Below are positions 37,034 to 38,086 of a DNA stretch of 38,086 nucleotides, piece after piece. Source of the stretch: a virus (taxonomy: Duplodnaviria; Heunggongvirae; Uroviricota; Caudoviricetes); the IMG/VR virus record IMGVR_UViG_2684622669_000016, positions 1 through 38,086 of that record. One strand, 5' to 3'. The number at the start of each line of letters is the position of its first letter. Positions within the stretch are counted from its first letter, which is position 1. The position numbers and the translations under genes were made by a program. The notes under the pieces were generated by a model. It was not told where the DNA came from and did no database searches. It saw nothing but the letters and a program-made list of their open reading frames with translations.

Positions 37034-38086
37034 ATGGCAGTACGAAAACTCACCACAGGAAAATGGCTTTGCGAATGTTACCCCGCCGGACGAAGTGGGC
37101 GTCGTGTGCGTAAACAATTCGCCACCAAAGGCGAAGCACTGGCTTTTGAGCGTCACACGATGGAAGAAACCGAAGCAAAGCCCTGGCTGGGTGAATCAGT
37201 GGATCGTCGAACACTGAAAGACGTGGTTGAGCTATGGTTCAAACTACATGGTAAATCTCTGACAGCTGGGCAGCATGTCTATGACAAATTGCTGTTGATG
37301 GTTGACGCTCTGGGCAATCCTCTTGCAACCGATCTCACCTCTAAAATGTTTGCCCACTATCGAGATAAACGACTGACAGGCGAGATCTACTTCAGCGAGA
37401 AATGGAAGAAAGGAGCAAGCCCGGTCACCATTAACCTGGAGCAAAGCTATCTAAGTAGTGTTTTTAGCGAACTATCCCGTCTGGGCGAATGGTCGTATCC
37501 GAACCCACTGGAGAACATGCGAAAATTCACCATCGCAGAAAAAGAGATGGCATGGCTTACCCATGAGCAGATTGTTGAATTGCTGGCTGATTGCAAACGT
37601 CAGGACCCAATTCTGGCACTGGTAGTCAAGATATGCTTAAGCACAGGCGCACGCTGGCGAGAAGCAATAAATCTTACCCGTTCACAGGTGACTAAATACC
37701 GAATTACCTTTGTAAGAACGAAGGGGAAGAAAAACAGAAGCATCCCTATCAGTAAAGAGCTTTACGAAGAGATCATGGCGCTTGATGGTTTCAATTTCTT
37801 CACAGACTGCTATTTTCAATTTTTATCCGTGATGGAAAAAACGTCTATCGTGCTCCCTCGCGGTCAACTGACACACGTTCTGCGCCATACGTTTGCGGCG
37901 CATTTCATGATGTCGGGTGGAAATATCCTTGCTTTGCAAAAAATCCTCGGACATCACGATATAAAAATGACGATGCGTTACGCACATCTGGCACCGGATC
38001 ATCTGGAAACGGCGCTCCGTTTCAATCCTCTGGCAACGCTGCCAAGTGGCGACAAAGTGGCGGCAGCGGTTGGCATTACCCCGTAA
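37034..38086 (+). CDS. int: P2-type tyrosine integrase
   Basis: 350 aa; N-terminus and catalytic region (…LSTGARWREA…VLRHTFAAHFMMSGGNILALQKILGHHDIKMTMRYAHL…) resemble P2 Int. Confidence 0.9.
   Translation: MAVRKLTTGKWLCECYPAGRSGRRVRKQFATKGEALAFERHTMEETEAKPWLGESVDRRTLKDVVELWFKLHGKSLTAGQHVYDKLLLMVDALGNPLATDLTSKMFAHYRDKRLTGEIYFSEKWKKGASPVTINLEQSYLSSVFSELSRLGEWSYPNPLENMRKFTIAEKEMAWLTHEQIVELLADCKRQDPILALVVKICLSTGARWREAINLTRSQVTKYRITFVRTKGKKNRSIPISKELYEEIMALDGFNFFTDCYFQFLSVMEKTSIVLPRGQLTHVLRHTFAAHFMMSGGNILALQKILGHHDIKMTMRYAHLAPDHLETALRFNPLATLPSGDKVAAAVGITP
38047..38068. repeat. right prophage attachment core (attR): tggcgacaaagtggcggcagcg
   Basis: 21/22 identical direct repeat of 2835-2856; lies within the last codons of int. 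Confidence 0.6.

Larger units (their letters stand above)
2835..38068. mobile_element. P2/186-family temperate prophage, apparently complete (~35.2 kb)
   Basis: Collinear P2-type structural, lysis, packaging, replication and lysogeny genes between 22-bp direct repeats; tyrosine integrase at the right end. Confidence 0.9.

Overview
The window holds about 2.6 kb of E. coli-type chromosome (grxA, ybjM, ybjL) followed by an essentially complete ~35 kb P2/186-family prophage inserted downstream of ybjL. The prophage is bounded by a 22-bp direct repeat (2835-2856 and 38047-38068, 21/22 identical); the right copy lies inside the 3' end of the integrase gene. Gene order, left to right: ogr, D, U, T, E/E', FII, FI, serine invertase with an invertible tail-fibre segment, G, H, I, J, W, V, S, R, lysC/lysB/lysA, K, Y, X, L, M, N, O, then P and Q on the other strand, a cargo gene, a cos-like site, more cargo, A, dam, small ORFs, cII, apl/cox, and finally cI, old, int. 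All calls rest on reading the six-frame translations against remembered protein families; no database search was run. The best candidates for something undescribed are two AT-rich cargo genes flanking the cos-like site: a 557-aa orphan protein (24481-26154) and a 246-aa zinc-ribbon protein with a DUF4145/HEPN-like C-terminus (26545-27285). Other points of interest are an Old-family nuclease gene sitting between cI and int, a CI repressor with a tandemly duplicated N-terminal domain, a LexA-boxed tum/dinI-like module split across two reading frames, a Gin/Hin-type tail-fibre switch whose alternative assembly gene is truncated, and a small membrane-protein cassette bracketed by 90-bp direct repeats.
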